A DNA stretch of 64,000 nt from Candidatus Poriferihabitaceae bacterium (GCA_965213885.1 OZ243919.1:2763039-2827038); one strand, 5' to 3'. Shown: positions 44,732 through 53,614, counted from the stretch's first letter. Program-made: numbers and translations. Notes: a model not told the origin generated them from the sequence alone.

Positions 44732-46030
44732 ATTGCGGTAGGGAACCCCATTGCTGGGGCCCCCCCGCCCAGATCCGGACGTGCCCGTTAAGGCATCCGG
44801 CTCCTCCCTTGGGTAGCACTTCCACCTGCTCTGACGGCAAAGCGTTGGTTCGGCCACGGGTGCCTGATTTCCAGCTTGGGCCAGTGTTGCTCCGTTAGGC
44901 GCGTGATGTCGACCCAATGGAAGCGGTCCTTTTGCGACCTGCGACGCAGAAACATGAGCCACATCCGCTTCAGACGTCGGACAAACCGTTGCAGATACCG
45001 GTAAGGGGTTGGGACGGCATAGTAGTTCAACCATCCATTCAACACCCTTCCCAGCCACCTCGCCGTGTCCTCCACATTCCCATGCATACGTCTGCGTAGC
45101 ACCTCCCTGATCCGTTTCAGCGTGCGTACCATCCGCTTCGCCACCGGCTTGCGTCCCAGTTGGAAACACCCCCTCTCCCTGTCCTTCGTGCAATAGTGCG
45201 TGAAGCCCAGAAAGTCGAAGGTCTCCGGTTTGCCCTCTCCCCGCCATCGGCGGTTCTCACGGGCAAACCGCCCGAACTCGATGAGCCGGGTCTTGTCAGG
45301 ATGCAAGGCCGGCTCAAAGCTTCCAAACCGCTCGCTGACCGCGTCCAGAAAACGCTCCGCGTCCCGCTTGTACTGAAAACCCACCACGAAGTCATCGGCG
45401 TACCGCACGATGATCGTGTCGCCGCTGGTCTCGCGGCTGCGCCACTTCCTCTTTCTTCAATTCGAAGTACGCCCAGCGATGCGCATCCACAGTGACATGG
45501 TGGAGAAGCGCCGTCAGACGCTCCCGTTGTACAAATTGCCGTATCCGGTCCGCCGCCTGTGTCACGCTTCCCCGGTCCTGTGCCCGGCGCGTGCCTTGGC
45601 TTCCCGAATTCCCCTCGGGTACGGCCCTTCGCTCCACCAACTCCGCCAGGGCTCGCGCCCCCTTGTTCGCCGGCTTCTCAGCTACTATGGCCGTATCTGA
45701 CTTCTTCATGCCGTACATCTTCGGTTACGGTTTACCCTTTCCTCCGCGATCCCGCCACGACAGCGCGATCGCATGCAGACCTCCCAGGTCCCGGTGCAGT
45801 GCGTACGTGCGTGCCTGGGTTCTCGGACACCGCGGGATTCCGACCCCCTCGCCAACTCGGCGGGCCGGATGCTGCCTTCGGCCAGCGTGATCACCTCGGC
45901 ATCCCGGATCATGACCTTTTCGGTGCCCATTAGCCCCGCCCACACGCGCCCCTGTCAACGCTTAGCCACCGCCCTCGCGAGCGACGGCCCATGACTCGGG
46001 GGGGGGAAGGTGGTGGCGAACCTTTCCTTG
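44732..46030 (-). mobile_element. Group II intron (defective), 5' boundary uncertain
   Basis: Domain V GAGCCGGATGCCTTAACGGGCACGTCCGGATCT (AGC triad), domain VI ending CCCTACCGCAAT at 44732; RT/maturase remnants; domain I-III-like sequence at 45720-46030. Confidence 0.88.
44788..45718 (-). pseudogene. Group II intron reverse transcriptase/maturase with internal deletion and frameshift
   Basis: N-terminus MYGMKKSDTAIVAEKPANK..RLTALLHHV..YFELKK jumps near 45450, in another frame, to WRSRETSGDTIIVRYADDFVVGF..LHPDKTRLIEFG..TFDFLGFTH..WLNYY..RRRSQK; no endonuclease domain. Confidence 0.88.
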
Positions 46031-46443
46031 GCACCCTGGTGTCGTCAGTGGACCGGGGTTCGAAGTTTACGTTCCTGGAGCGGGTCGAGGTGAAGACCGC
46101 GGCGGCGGTGACCACGGCGCTCACCCGGCGCATGGGGCCGATTCGAGACCGGGTTCACACCCTCACGGCGGACAACGGCAAGGAGTTTGCAGGGCACCGG
46201 GAGATGTCGGATTCGCTGGGAGCGGGCTGCTACTTCGCCACCCCCTATCATTCCTGGGAGCGGGGACTGAACGAGCACACCCACGGCCTGGTGCGCCAGT
46301 ACTTCCCGAAGGGGATGGACTTCCGCCAGGTGACGGAGGCGCAGGTCCGGGCGGTGGAGGACCGGATCAATCACCGACCCCGCAAGGTGCTGGGGTATCG
46401 CACGCCTGCGGAGGTCTTCGCCGGGGCCCTGGTCCCACCCTGA
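46031..46443 (+). pseudogene. IS30-family transposase, C-terminal half
   Basis: TLTADNGKEFA, FATPYHSWERGLNEHTHGLVRQYFPKG, INHRPRKVLGYRTPAEVF; N-terminus missing. Confidence 0.9.
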
Positions 46444-46729
46444 AGGCGGCGACATCGCCGGTCCGGGCATCTCGTGACCCACGGGAGGGGCCCCGCTCGG
46501 CCGGAAGGCACCGGGCAGGCACCGGGCAGGCACTTGCGTCGGCGAATGGGCTCTGTCAGTATCCCCCGGAGTCGAGATTGACGCCATTACCGGCCGGAAT
46601 GGGCGCCCAGGGGCGCTGATTTTTTCCGCCCTCGCCGCGATCCCTCCATTCGGGCTACGCCCTCATTCCGGAATCGCGGCGAGGGATGCACTTCGGAGTG
46701 GAAGCGGGGATGAGTATTCAGAACGCGCA

Positions 46730-46877
46730 CATAGGTGACCAGTTCGTTACAGGCAGCCAGAGCATTGATGTCAATCATGGCCGGATTGAAACAAGACACT
46801 GCACTGTTTGCTACGACGTGCAGTGGTTGGCAGATCGCCATAAGTGGCCCAGATTGAAAGCCGTCGCGATGACCTAA
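46730..46877 (+). pseudogene. ISAs1-family transposase fragment
   Basis: SIDVNHGRIETRHCTV..WLADRHKWPRLKAVAMT* (HGRIETR motif). Confidence 0.75.
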
Positions 46878-46935
46878 GTTTTGAAATCTCGCAACTCCAC
46901 GCCGCAAGAGTTGCTTTCTCGTCGAAAATTGCGGA

Positions 46936-46949
46936 AAGTTGCGTAACTT
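46936..46949. promoter_or_regulatory. CG-centred near-palindrome upstream of lacI-type gene, candidate operator
   Basis: AAGTTGCGTAACTT (6 of 7 pairs), 33 nt before the ATG at 46983; overlaps ATTGCGGAAA (46928-46937). Confidence 0.5.
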
Positions 46950-46982
46950 CATTTTGGAAGGTTTACGTAGGATACTGATCAC

Positions 46983-48002
46983 ATGACGCAAAAAGTGACA
47001 CTGCGAGACATCGCTGCAAAAGTTGGGGTTGCGGAATCAACGGCGTCGCGGGCGCTTGCTGGCAGCGGTCAGCTCTCCGAAGCCACACGCGAAAGCGTTC
47101 TCTCTGCGGCTCGGTCTCTGGGCTATTCGGCCACACCCAAGGCTGTTTTGGCAAATAACAGCGTGGGCAAGCGCAAAGGGGTCATCGGCGTAGTCGTCGC
47201 CGCCTTGCATAATTCCTTCTACCCCTATCTTGTCGACAGATTACACAATGAACTTGATGATCTTGGCTTTGACATGGTCCTGATTATTGACGAAATCACG
47301 CGCGACCGCGCCGGGCGCAAACTGCGCTCACTGATTGACACGTTGGACGGCGTGATCATCACCACGGCCACTATTGACTCGCCGATGGTGGCGTTTCTGA
47401 AAGAGCGCAATGTTCCCACAGTCCTGGCGGTCCGTTCCAACATGCGGGATGACGTGGATGTTGTGGAAAGTGATAACTTCGCTGCCGGAGCAGAAGCCCT
47501 GGGCCATTTGATTGAGCTTGGTCACAAAAGGATCGGGTTCCTGATGGGCCCATCCTCCACCTCGACCTCACACGGACGCCTGGCTGGCGCGGCATCTGTT
47601 CTCGAGAAATCCGGCCTTGAGTTGGACGAAACCCTGCTGTTTAATGCCGAATTTACCCATGAAGGGGGCTATTCCGGTTTTGTTCAGTTGATGCGGTTAA
47701 AAACACCACCAACAGCCATCTTTTGCGGGAACGATGTGATCGCGATTGGCGCGATTGATGCTGCCAGGAAGATGGGGCTGGCAACGCCGGACGATGTCTC
47801 AATCATTGGGGTTGACGACATTCCGATGGCGAGTTGGAGCATGGTGTCCTTAACAACCATACGTCAACCGATTGGCAAGATCGGTTCTATGGCTGCCAAT
47901 CTCATATCCGAGGCTGTCGTCAACAAAGGTGATCACCAACCAAATCGACATATCTTTCCGACGAGCCTGGTAAGGCGCGGTACCACCTGCCCGCCCAAGT
48001 GA
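46983..48002 (+). CDS. LacI-family transcriptional regulator
   Basis: VTLRDIAAKVGVAESTASRAL HTH; PTAIFCGNDVIAIG, DVSIIGVDD, LTTIRQP. Confidence 0.95.
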   Translation: MTQKVTLRDIAAKVGVAESTASRALAGSGQLSEATRESVLSAARSLGYSATPKAVLANNSVGKRKGVIGVVVAALHNSFYPYLVDRLHNELDDLGFDMVLIIDEITRDRAGRKLRSLIDTLDGVIITTATIDSPMVAFLKERNVPTVLAVRSNMRDDVDVVESDNFAAGAEALGHLIELGHKRIGFLMGPSSTSTSHGRLAGAASVLEKSGLELDETLLFNAEFTHEGGYSGFVQLMRLKTPPTAIFCGNDVIAIGAIDAARKMGLATPDDVSIIGVDDIPMASWSMVSLTTIRQPIGKIGSMAANLISEAVVNKGDHQPNRHIFPTSLVRRGTTCPPK

Positions 48003-48055
48003 CTTGGCGGAACCAAAGACTGCCGATCTTTCTATCAGTGATCGGGTGCTAAACC

Positions 48056-49505
48056 CAATACTGTTGCATTCAGGAGAAATTGTGATGATTTCAGGTTCCC
48101 AGGCACGGACCGTCCGCGATATCGGCCCACGTTTCCGGAGCGGAAAGTTGCTCATCTTCCGTTTCACCCCTCTCGGCCTGATCTGCCCACGACTCGACAC
48201 GCATCGCTCCTCGAGAATCTCCTCAATGAGCGCGTCCATCTGAACCTGTGGGGGGAAAACCACCCGGCTGGGTGATCCGACGGCGCATCGCACGAACCGC
48301 ATGCACAAAGGATATTCGGTCCGGATCCTCACCGGCCTTCCCGGCGGCCTTGTGCATCAGATGCCGAACGGCATAATGGGCCAGCATCAGGCCATCCACT
48401 TCCTGGTACACCAGTTCCGGCGTCTTGCTCCGCAGCAGGGTGCCGGGGCCCAGCAGGTGGGTCTTGACCTCGTCATAGGCCGTCTCGATCTCCCAGCGCT
48501 CATGGTACAGGGCGGCCAGTTCCGCCGCCGGCGCTGTATCCGGGTCCAGCAGGGTGGTGACCAGGGTATCGCGGGTATCTCCCGTCTCCAGCCGGTAGGT
48601 GATCACGCGCACCGGCAAGGTGCCGCGGCTCTTGTGCCTGTCCCGGCCGCTGCCGCGGATCACGCTGCGCCAGGAGCCGTCGGCAAACACCTCCGCCACC
48701 GGGAACCGGTGGTTGGACCTGAATCGCCACAGCAGCTCGGCGCCCGTGGCCTGCGCCCGCAGCCACAAGGGATAGCCCCCATCATACCGGTCCGCCAGCA
48801 CCAGCATCCCGGGGCCCAGTTCCGGCAATAGCTGTTCCGCCTGGTCCGCCTCGCTTTCGGACAACGGGCCCGCATGCCAGGCAAAGGCCGCCCGGGTGCC
48901 CACCTCCACCATGGTCGTCAGCCGCAGCTGCGGGAAGGCCGCATCGCCCCGGGCGCTGTTCGGCAAGCCGAAGGTGTCCCGGTTCCGCGCCTCGTCCGGG
49001 ATATTCAGGGTGGAGCCGTCAAATGCCACCACCCGCAGGTCCCGGTACCAGGCACCCAGGGTCCCGGGGGTTGCCAGGGGAATCACGCAGGCCGACCGCA
49101 GGGCCGCAAAGGGCTGCAGTCCCAGGCGGCCCCGGGCCCGGGAGATGGAGGACTTGCCGGATACCTTCAGGGGCTGTCCCGGCGCAGACAGGCGCAGGCC
49201 GTCCACCAGGCAACGCAGCACCTCCCGGGCGGACACGGCGCGGAACAGCGCCATGGCAATCACGTAGTAGACCATCACCTCCGCCGGCAGGTCCCGGCGA
49301 CGCAGGCTGTCGCTGCCTGTCAACCGGAGCACATCGCGCACGGTGTCATGGGCATACACCTGCGCAATGATATGGACAGTGAGATAATCCGAGATGCGTA
49401 CGCCACCGGGAAATCCGGCCGGGGTTCGCGCCATGAAAGGTCCTCAATTCCCGCAACCTGTTCAAGGCAGGACCACATAGTGAAATCCTTAAAGCAACAG
49501 TATTG
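48056..49505 (-). mobile_element. Complete IS4-family insertion sequence (1450 bp) with terminal IRs and 10-bp target-site duplication
   Basis: IRs CAATACTGTTGCATTCAGG (48056-48074) and revcomp CAATACTGTTGCTTTAAGG (49487-49505), 17/19 identical; direct repeat GTGCTAAACC at 48046-48055 and 49506-49515. Confidence 0.93.
48223..49434 (-). CDS. IS4-family DDE transposase; probable frameshift in a C6 run near the C-terminus
   Basis: RRRDLPAEVMVYYVIAMALF, VAFDGSTL, LADRYDGG, YHERWEIETAYDEVK (YREK-type); the +1 frame continues LIEEILEERCVSSRGQIRPRGVKRKMS. Confidence 0.88.
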   Translation of the reverse strand: MARTPAGFPGGVRISDYLTVHIIAQVYAHDTVRDVLRLTGSDSLRRRDLPAEVMVYYVIAMALFRAVSAREVLRCLVDGLRLSAPGQPLKVSGKSSISRARGRLGLQPFAALRSACVIPLATPGTLGAWYRDLRVVAFDGSTLNIPDEARNRDTFGLPNSARGDAAFPQLRLTTMVEVGTRAAFAWHAGPLSESEADQAEQLLPELGPGMLVLADRYDGGYPLWLRAQATGAELLWRFRSNHRFPVAEVFADGSWRSVIRGSGRDRHKSRGTLPVRVITYRLETGDTRDTLVTTLLDPDTAPAAELAALYHERWEIETAYDEVKTHLLGPGTLLRSKTPELVYQEVDGLMLAHYAVRHLMHKAAGKAGEDPDRISFVHAVRAMRRRITQPGGFPPTGSDGRAH

Positions 49506-49987
49506 GTGCTAAACCAGACTTCATTCCTAAAAAATCAAGAAGCGCGCGTTAGGTGTGTGCATAGCCCTGCCCTGCTCGCGAAATTTCGTACGGATCGCGG
49601 GCTAAGGGTCGGACACAAATTAACCAATTCGCTCGGGATGCCCCGGATGTACTTGCAGATAGATCTCTCCACCTATCTTGTCAGATGGTTCGGGCTCAAG
49701 AAAGCCGACATCGATGGTACGACCTGCGCGCGCGACCTCCCCGGCGTTGCGCCAATCATCGATTTCTGAGCAAGGGGAGTACCTTCGGGACTATCCCGAG
49801 GGATGCCACAAGGGTGTTTTTGCAGATTCGCCAGCACCCTGGAAAATTTCCCGGCGTATGCATACGACTGGAAGAACAACCGTTTCAAGCACCGTGCCGT
49901 GGTCCGGTTCCGATCTTGAGCAGTGTCAGTCGAATCCAGGTGAGTCCGGGATCTGGTTCAGGAGGTGCGGGGCATCGGCACGGAAAG

Positions 49988-51232
49988 TCAGCATGGCTCC
50001 AGCGGGTAGGCCGTCATCAGCCGGCAGCCGTCCTTTGTGATCACCACCTGCTCCTCCAGCTTGACCCCTTCCCCGCCCTTTGCCGAACCGATATAGGATT
50101 CCACGCACAGGGTCATGTTTTCCTCGAGGACGCCGTCGTAACCCTTCTTGTCGAAGTCGTGGATATGCTTGATGGAGGGGTATTCGTCGGCAAGACCAAT
50201 GCCGTGTATCAGGCTGCTGTAGCGGTTGGAGGAAAACTCGTCCGGAATCTTCCAGGCCCGCTCGGAGACCTCGCGGAAGCTGACGCCGGACTTCAGGATG
50301 CTGCAGTTGTGCACGATCTGCTCCCTGGCAAGGGCGTGGATCCGGCGCTGCTCGGCATTGGGCCGGTCGCCGCAGACCCAGCTCCGGGACATATCGGCGC
50401 AGTAGCCATAGGGGCCGATGAGGTCGGTATCGAAGCTCACCATGTCCCCGTTTTCGATCACCCGCATCGAGGCTTCGCGGAACCAGGGATAGGTGCGCGG
50501 CCCGGAGGACAGCAGGCGTGTTTCGATCCATTCTCCGCCCAGGGCGACGTTGGCCTCGTGCAGCTTCGCCCACAGGGCGTTTTCCGTGATTCCGGGTGTC
50601 AACGCCTCGCGCATCCTGCGCACCCCGGTTTCACAGACATCGATGGCCTTCTGCATCAGCGCCAGTTCCCCGTCCGACTTGATCACCCGCGCCAGTTCCA
50701 GCACCTCGAGCCCATCGTGCAGGCTGAGCCCCTGGTCCAGCAGGCGACGGGACCCCTGCCAGGACAACCTGTCCACCGCCAGACGAAGGTTGCCGCCGCC
50801 GTGGGCGCGCACCAGATCGGCGATCACCCGGCCGAACTCGTCGGCGCGCCGGTCGGTGTTCGGCCCGGCGGTGAAATAGTAGAACGAGGTGTTGACCCGG
50901 TATTCGTCGATCAGCGGCAGTCCCTCGGCGAGATGGGGATAGTCGCCGTAGTCGAACAGGATCATCGGTCCGGCGGTGGCGATGAACACGCAGCGGGTCT
51001 CATAATGGGAACACCAGACCTGCATGTTGGTGGCATCGCAGGCGTAGCGGCAGTTGACCTGGTCGAACAGTAGGACGCCGGCATAGTCGAGCCGCCTCAG
51101 CTGCTCGCGGATACGGCCGAGTCGGTACCCGCGTACGGCATCAAGGTCCACCGGAGCCTCAGAGAACTCCATGGCACCATGCTGCCGGGCGGCGATGTTG
51201 CCGGCGGAAAGGGCGTTTGTGGGGATGGTCAT
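49988..51232 (-). CDS. M24 peptidase-fold protein of the DddP (DMSP lyase)-like clade
   Basis: DLDAVRGYRLGRI, RYACDATNMQVW, GGEWIETRLLSSGPRTYPWF, FDTDLIGPYGYCADMSR, HGIGLADEYP, CVESY, KLEEQVVIT; start at MTIPTN. Confidence 0.8.
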   Translation of the reverse strand: MTIPTNALSAGNIAARQHGAMEFSEAPVDLDAVRGYRLGRIREQLRRLDYAGVLLFDQVNCRYACDATNMQVWCSHYETRCVFIATAGPMILFDYGDYPHLAEGLPLIDEYRVNTSFYYFTAGPNTDRRADEFGRVIADLVRAHGGGNLRLAVDRLSWQGSRRLLDQGLSLHDGLEVLELARVIKSDGELALMQKAIDVCETGVRRMREALTPGITENALWAKLHEANVALGGEWIETRLLSSGPRTYPWFREASMRVIENGDMVSFDTDLIGPYGYCADMSRSWVCGDRPNAEQRRIHALAREQIVHNCSILKSGVSFREVSERAWKIPDEFSSNRYSSLIHGIGLADEYPSIKHIHDFDKKGYDGVLEENMTLCVESYIGSAKGGEGVKLEEQVVITKDGCRLMTAYPLEPC

Positions 51233-51383
51233 GCTGCGCTGAAGGGTTGGCTGGAAACGGGCACAGTGTATTGAATTGACCCCCGCCCTGATGGCATCGG
51301 CGCGCAGAATCCGTCGTTTATTGCGACCTGTCCGCGGATTCGTCTCCGCTATACTCCCGTCCCCACGCCAGCCCCGAGCGTAC

Positions 51384-52769
51384 ATGTCGCTTTCAACCCG
51401 CAGGGAATCCGCCATGCTGCTGCAGATCGCGGTTCCGCTGGCGGCTGCCTACCTGTCCGAGATGGCGATGTTCATCACCACCAAGATGGTGGTGGGGAAG
51501 CTGGGGTATCACGAACTCGCCACGGTGGGAATCGCGGGCAACCTGTCCTTCGAGATCCTGGTGATCCTGATCGGTGTGCTTTCCATCGTCGGCGTCCTGT
51601 GCGCCCAGGCGGAGGGCGCGGGACGCAAGCGGGACGCGGGCACCGCGGTCCGCCAGGGCATGCTGCTCTCGACGTGGGTGGGCCTGCCTGCCACCTGGCT
51701 GATCTGGAACATGGACGTGGTGCTGGTATGGACCGGGCAGGATGACGCCGTGGTGGAGTTGTCGAAGGGCTATCTCAGGTGGCTCAGCGGATTCGTGCTG
51801 CCGGCGCTCTGGTTTTCGGTGCTCAGGTACTTCGTGTCGGCCCTGTCGCGGCCACGCGCAGTCATGGTCATCACGGTGGTCGCCGTGGCCGTCAACTGGT
51901 TGCTGACCTATCTCCTGGTGCACGGGATCGCGGGACTGCCGCGAATGGGCCTGGCCGGGGCCGGCCTGGCCACCACCATCGTGTCTTGGCTGATGTTCCT
52001 GGCCCTTTTGTGGCACATCCACCGCACCGAGTCCCTGCGCGGCTACGGGGTGTTCTCCGGTCGCTGGCGCGTGGAAGGGGAGGTCATGTGGGAAATCACC
52101 CGCCTGGGTATCCCGGTGGGTGGGCTGGTATTGCTTGAGGCCGGCATGTTCACCGGCGCGTCCATCCTCTCCGGGGTCATCGGCCCCGAGACCCTGGCCG
52201 CCTACGAGATCGTGCTGTCGTGGCTTGGGGTGACGTTCATGCTGGCGCTCGGCGTGGCGGAATCCGGCATGGTGCGGGTGGCCCACGCCGTGGGCCGGGA
52301 CCGGATGGCGGAGGCCCGGCACTCCGGCCTGCTGGCGATGGGGATCGGCGTACTGATGATCTGCACCCTGCTCCTGGTCCCCCTGGTGTACGGGGACCTG
52401 ATCATTGCGATGTTCATCTCTCCCGAGGATCCGGGCTTCGGCACGGTCTCGGTACTGGCCAAGGGCTTCTTCATCATCGGAGCCCTGTTCCAGGTCTTTG
52501 ACGGCCTCCAGGCCATCGCCGCCCGCGTGCTGCGGGGACTGAAGGACAGTGTCGCACCGCTCTGGATCGCCGGGTTCGGTTACTGGGTGATCGGTATCGG
52601 CGGCGGCGCCTGGCTCGCTTTCGGCGCCGGCATGGAAGGTTACGGCATCCTGTGGGGGATGGCCCTCGGCCTGACCACCACCGGGGTCCTGCTGGCATGG
52701 CGGTTTCAGCGGCTGTCCTCCCGCCTGACCCGGGCGGCCGCCGGCGCCCCGCCGGCCACACCCGACTGA
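51384..52769 (+). CDS. MATE-family efflux transporter
   Basis: About 12 TM; LQIAVPLA, MVGKLGYHELA, RLGIPVG, VRVAHAVG, FQVFDGLQAIAARVLRGLKD. Confidence 0.9.
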   Translation: MSLSTRRESAMLLQIAVPLAAAYLSEMAMFITTKMVVGKLGYHELATVGIAGNLSFEILVILIGVLSIVGVLCAQAEGAGRKRDAGTAVRQGMLLSTWVGLPATWLIWNMDVVLVWTGQDDAVVELSKGYLRWLSGFVLPALWFSVLRYFVSALSRPRAVMVITVVAVAVNWLLTYLLVHGIAGLPRMGLAGAGLATTIVSWLMFLALLWHIHRTESLRGYGVFSGRWRVEGEVMWEITRLGIPVGGLVLLEAGMFTGASILSGVIGPETLAAYEIVLSWLGVTFMLALGVAESGMVRVAHAVGRDRMAEARHSGLLAMGIGVLMICTLLLVPLVYGDLIIAMFISPEDPGFGTVSVLAKGFFIIGALFQVFDGLQAIAARVLRGLKDSVAPLWIAGFGYWVIGIGGGAWLAFGAGMEGYGILWGMALGLTTTGVLLAWRFQRLSSRLTRAAAGAPPATPD

Positions 52770-52777
52770 GATGCGGG

Positions 52778-53614
52778 ATGCTGCATGCCGAGTACCACCG
52801 CCTGGCCTGCGACCTGCTGCATGTGCTGCCCGGGCTTTCAGTTGCGGGAATCCACCTGCCCGTGCCCGTCACGGGCGGGACCGTCCGGGACGAATTCGCC
52901 TTCGTGGTCCTGACCGACGGCAGTGTGGGGCCGTTCTATTTCAGCCTGGGCACCCTGCCCGGGGAACTCCGGCGGATGGTGCCGGATCCGTCGCACCCGG
53001 ATCCCCGGGTCCGGATCCTGGTCGACGGCTTCCTGTCCGGGGAGGAAGCCCCGAAGGCGCTGGCCATGGGTGCTTTCAACGCCCTGTCCCGGTCGCTGAT
53101 GCGCCGGGCGGGATATCGGCCGGACGATTCCGCCGGCGTTGACGGGCCGGCGCCTGGCGACACTGTGGGCATGGTGGGCTATTTTGGACCGCTGGTGCAA
53201 CGCTTCACCGCGCGCGGGGTGAGGGTCCGGGTCCTGGAACTCGCGCCGGAGCGCATTCCCGAGGGGCCCGGGATCGAGGCGGCGGCGGACGCCAGCGGAT
53301 TGCGCGGCTGCCGAACCATTCTGTGCACCGCGTCGACGCTGATCAACGACACCCTCGACGACATCATCGAGGGTGTCGGCGATGCCGGCCGGATCGAACT
53401 CATCGGGCCAAGCGGCAGCGGTCTTCCGGACATCGTGTTCGCCCGGGGCGTGGCCGGGATGGGCGGGGTGGCCTTCGATGACGCCGCGCGGCTGCTGAAC
53501 CGGGTCAATGCCGGTGAAGGCTGGGGCGGGGCCGGGCGCAAATACCGGATTCCCGGGGACGGCTACCCCGGCTTCGCTGCCCTGTGCACACGGGCGACCC
53601 TGCCGGGAGACTGA
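52778..53614 (+). CDS. DUF364-like Rossmann-fold protein (putative metal/pterin binding)
   Basis: ALAMGAFNALS, VGMVGYFGPL, ILCTASTLINDTLD, LIGPSGS, F.RGVAGMGG; start at MLHAEY. Confidence 0.65.
   Translation: MLHAEYHRLACDLLHVLPGLSVAGIHLPVPVTGGTVRDEFAFVVLTDGSVGPFYFSLGTLPGELRRMVPDPSHPDPRVRILVDGFLSGEEAPKALAMGAFNALSRSLMRRAGYRPDDSAGVDGPAPGDTVGMVGYFGPLVQRFTARGVRVRVLELAPERIPEGPGIEAAADASGLRGCRTILCTASTLINDTLDDIIEGVGDAGRIELIGPSGSGLPDIVFARGVAGMGGVAFDDAARLLNRVNAGEGWGGAGRKYRIPGDGYPGFAALCTRATLPGD

Larger units (their letters stand above)
36060..49980. mobile_element. Horizontally acquired catabolic island bounded by IS remnants
   Basis: Visibly lower GC and different codon usage than the flanks (many A/T-ending codons); IS debris at both borders and in the middle; starts right after the addA stop. 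Confidence 0.75.

Noticed and set aside
44788-45718. Retron, DGR or defence-associated reverse transcriptase
   Set aside because: YADD RT followed directly by canonical D5/D6 RNA identifies a group II intron; no msr-msd, template/variable repeat or effector gene is seen.
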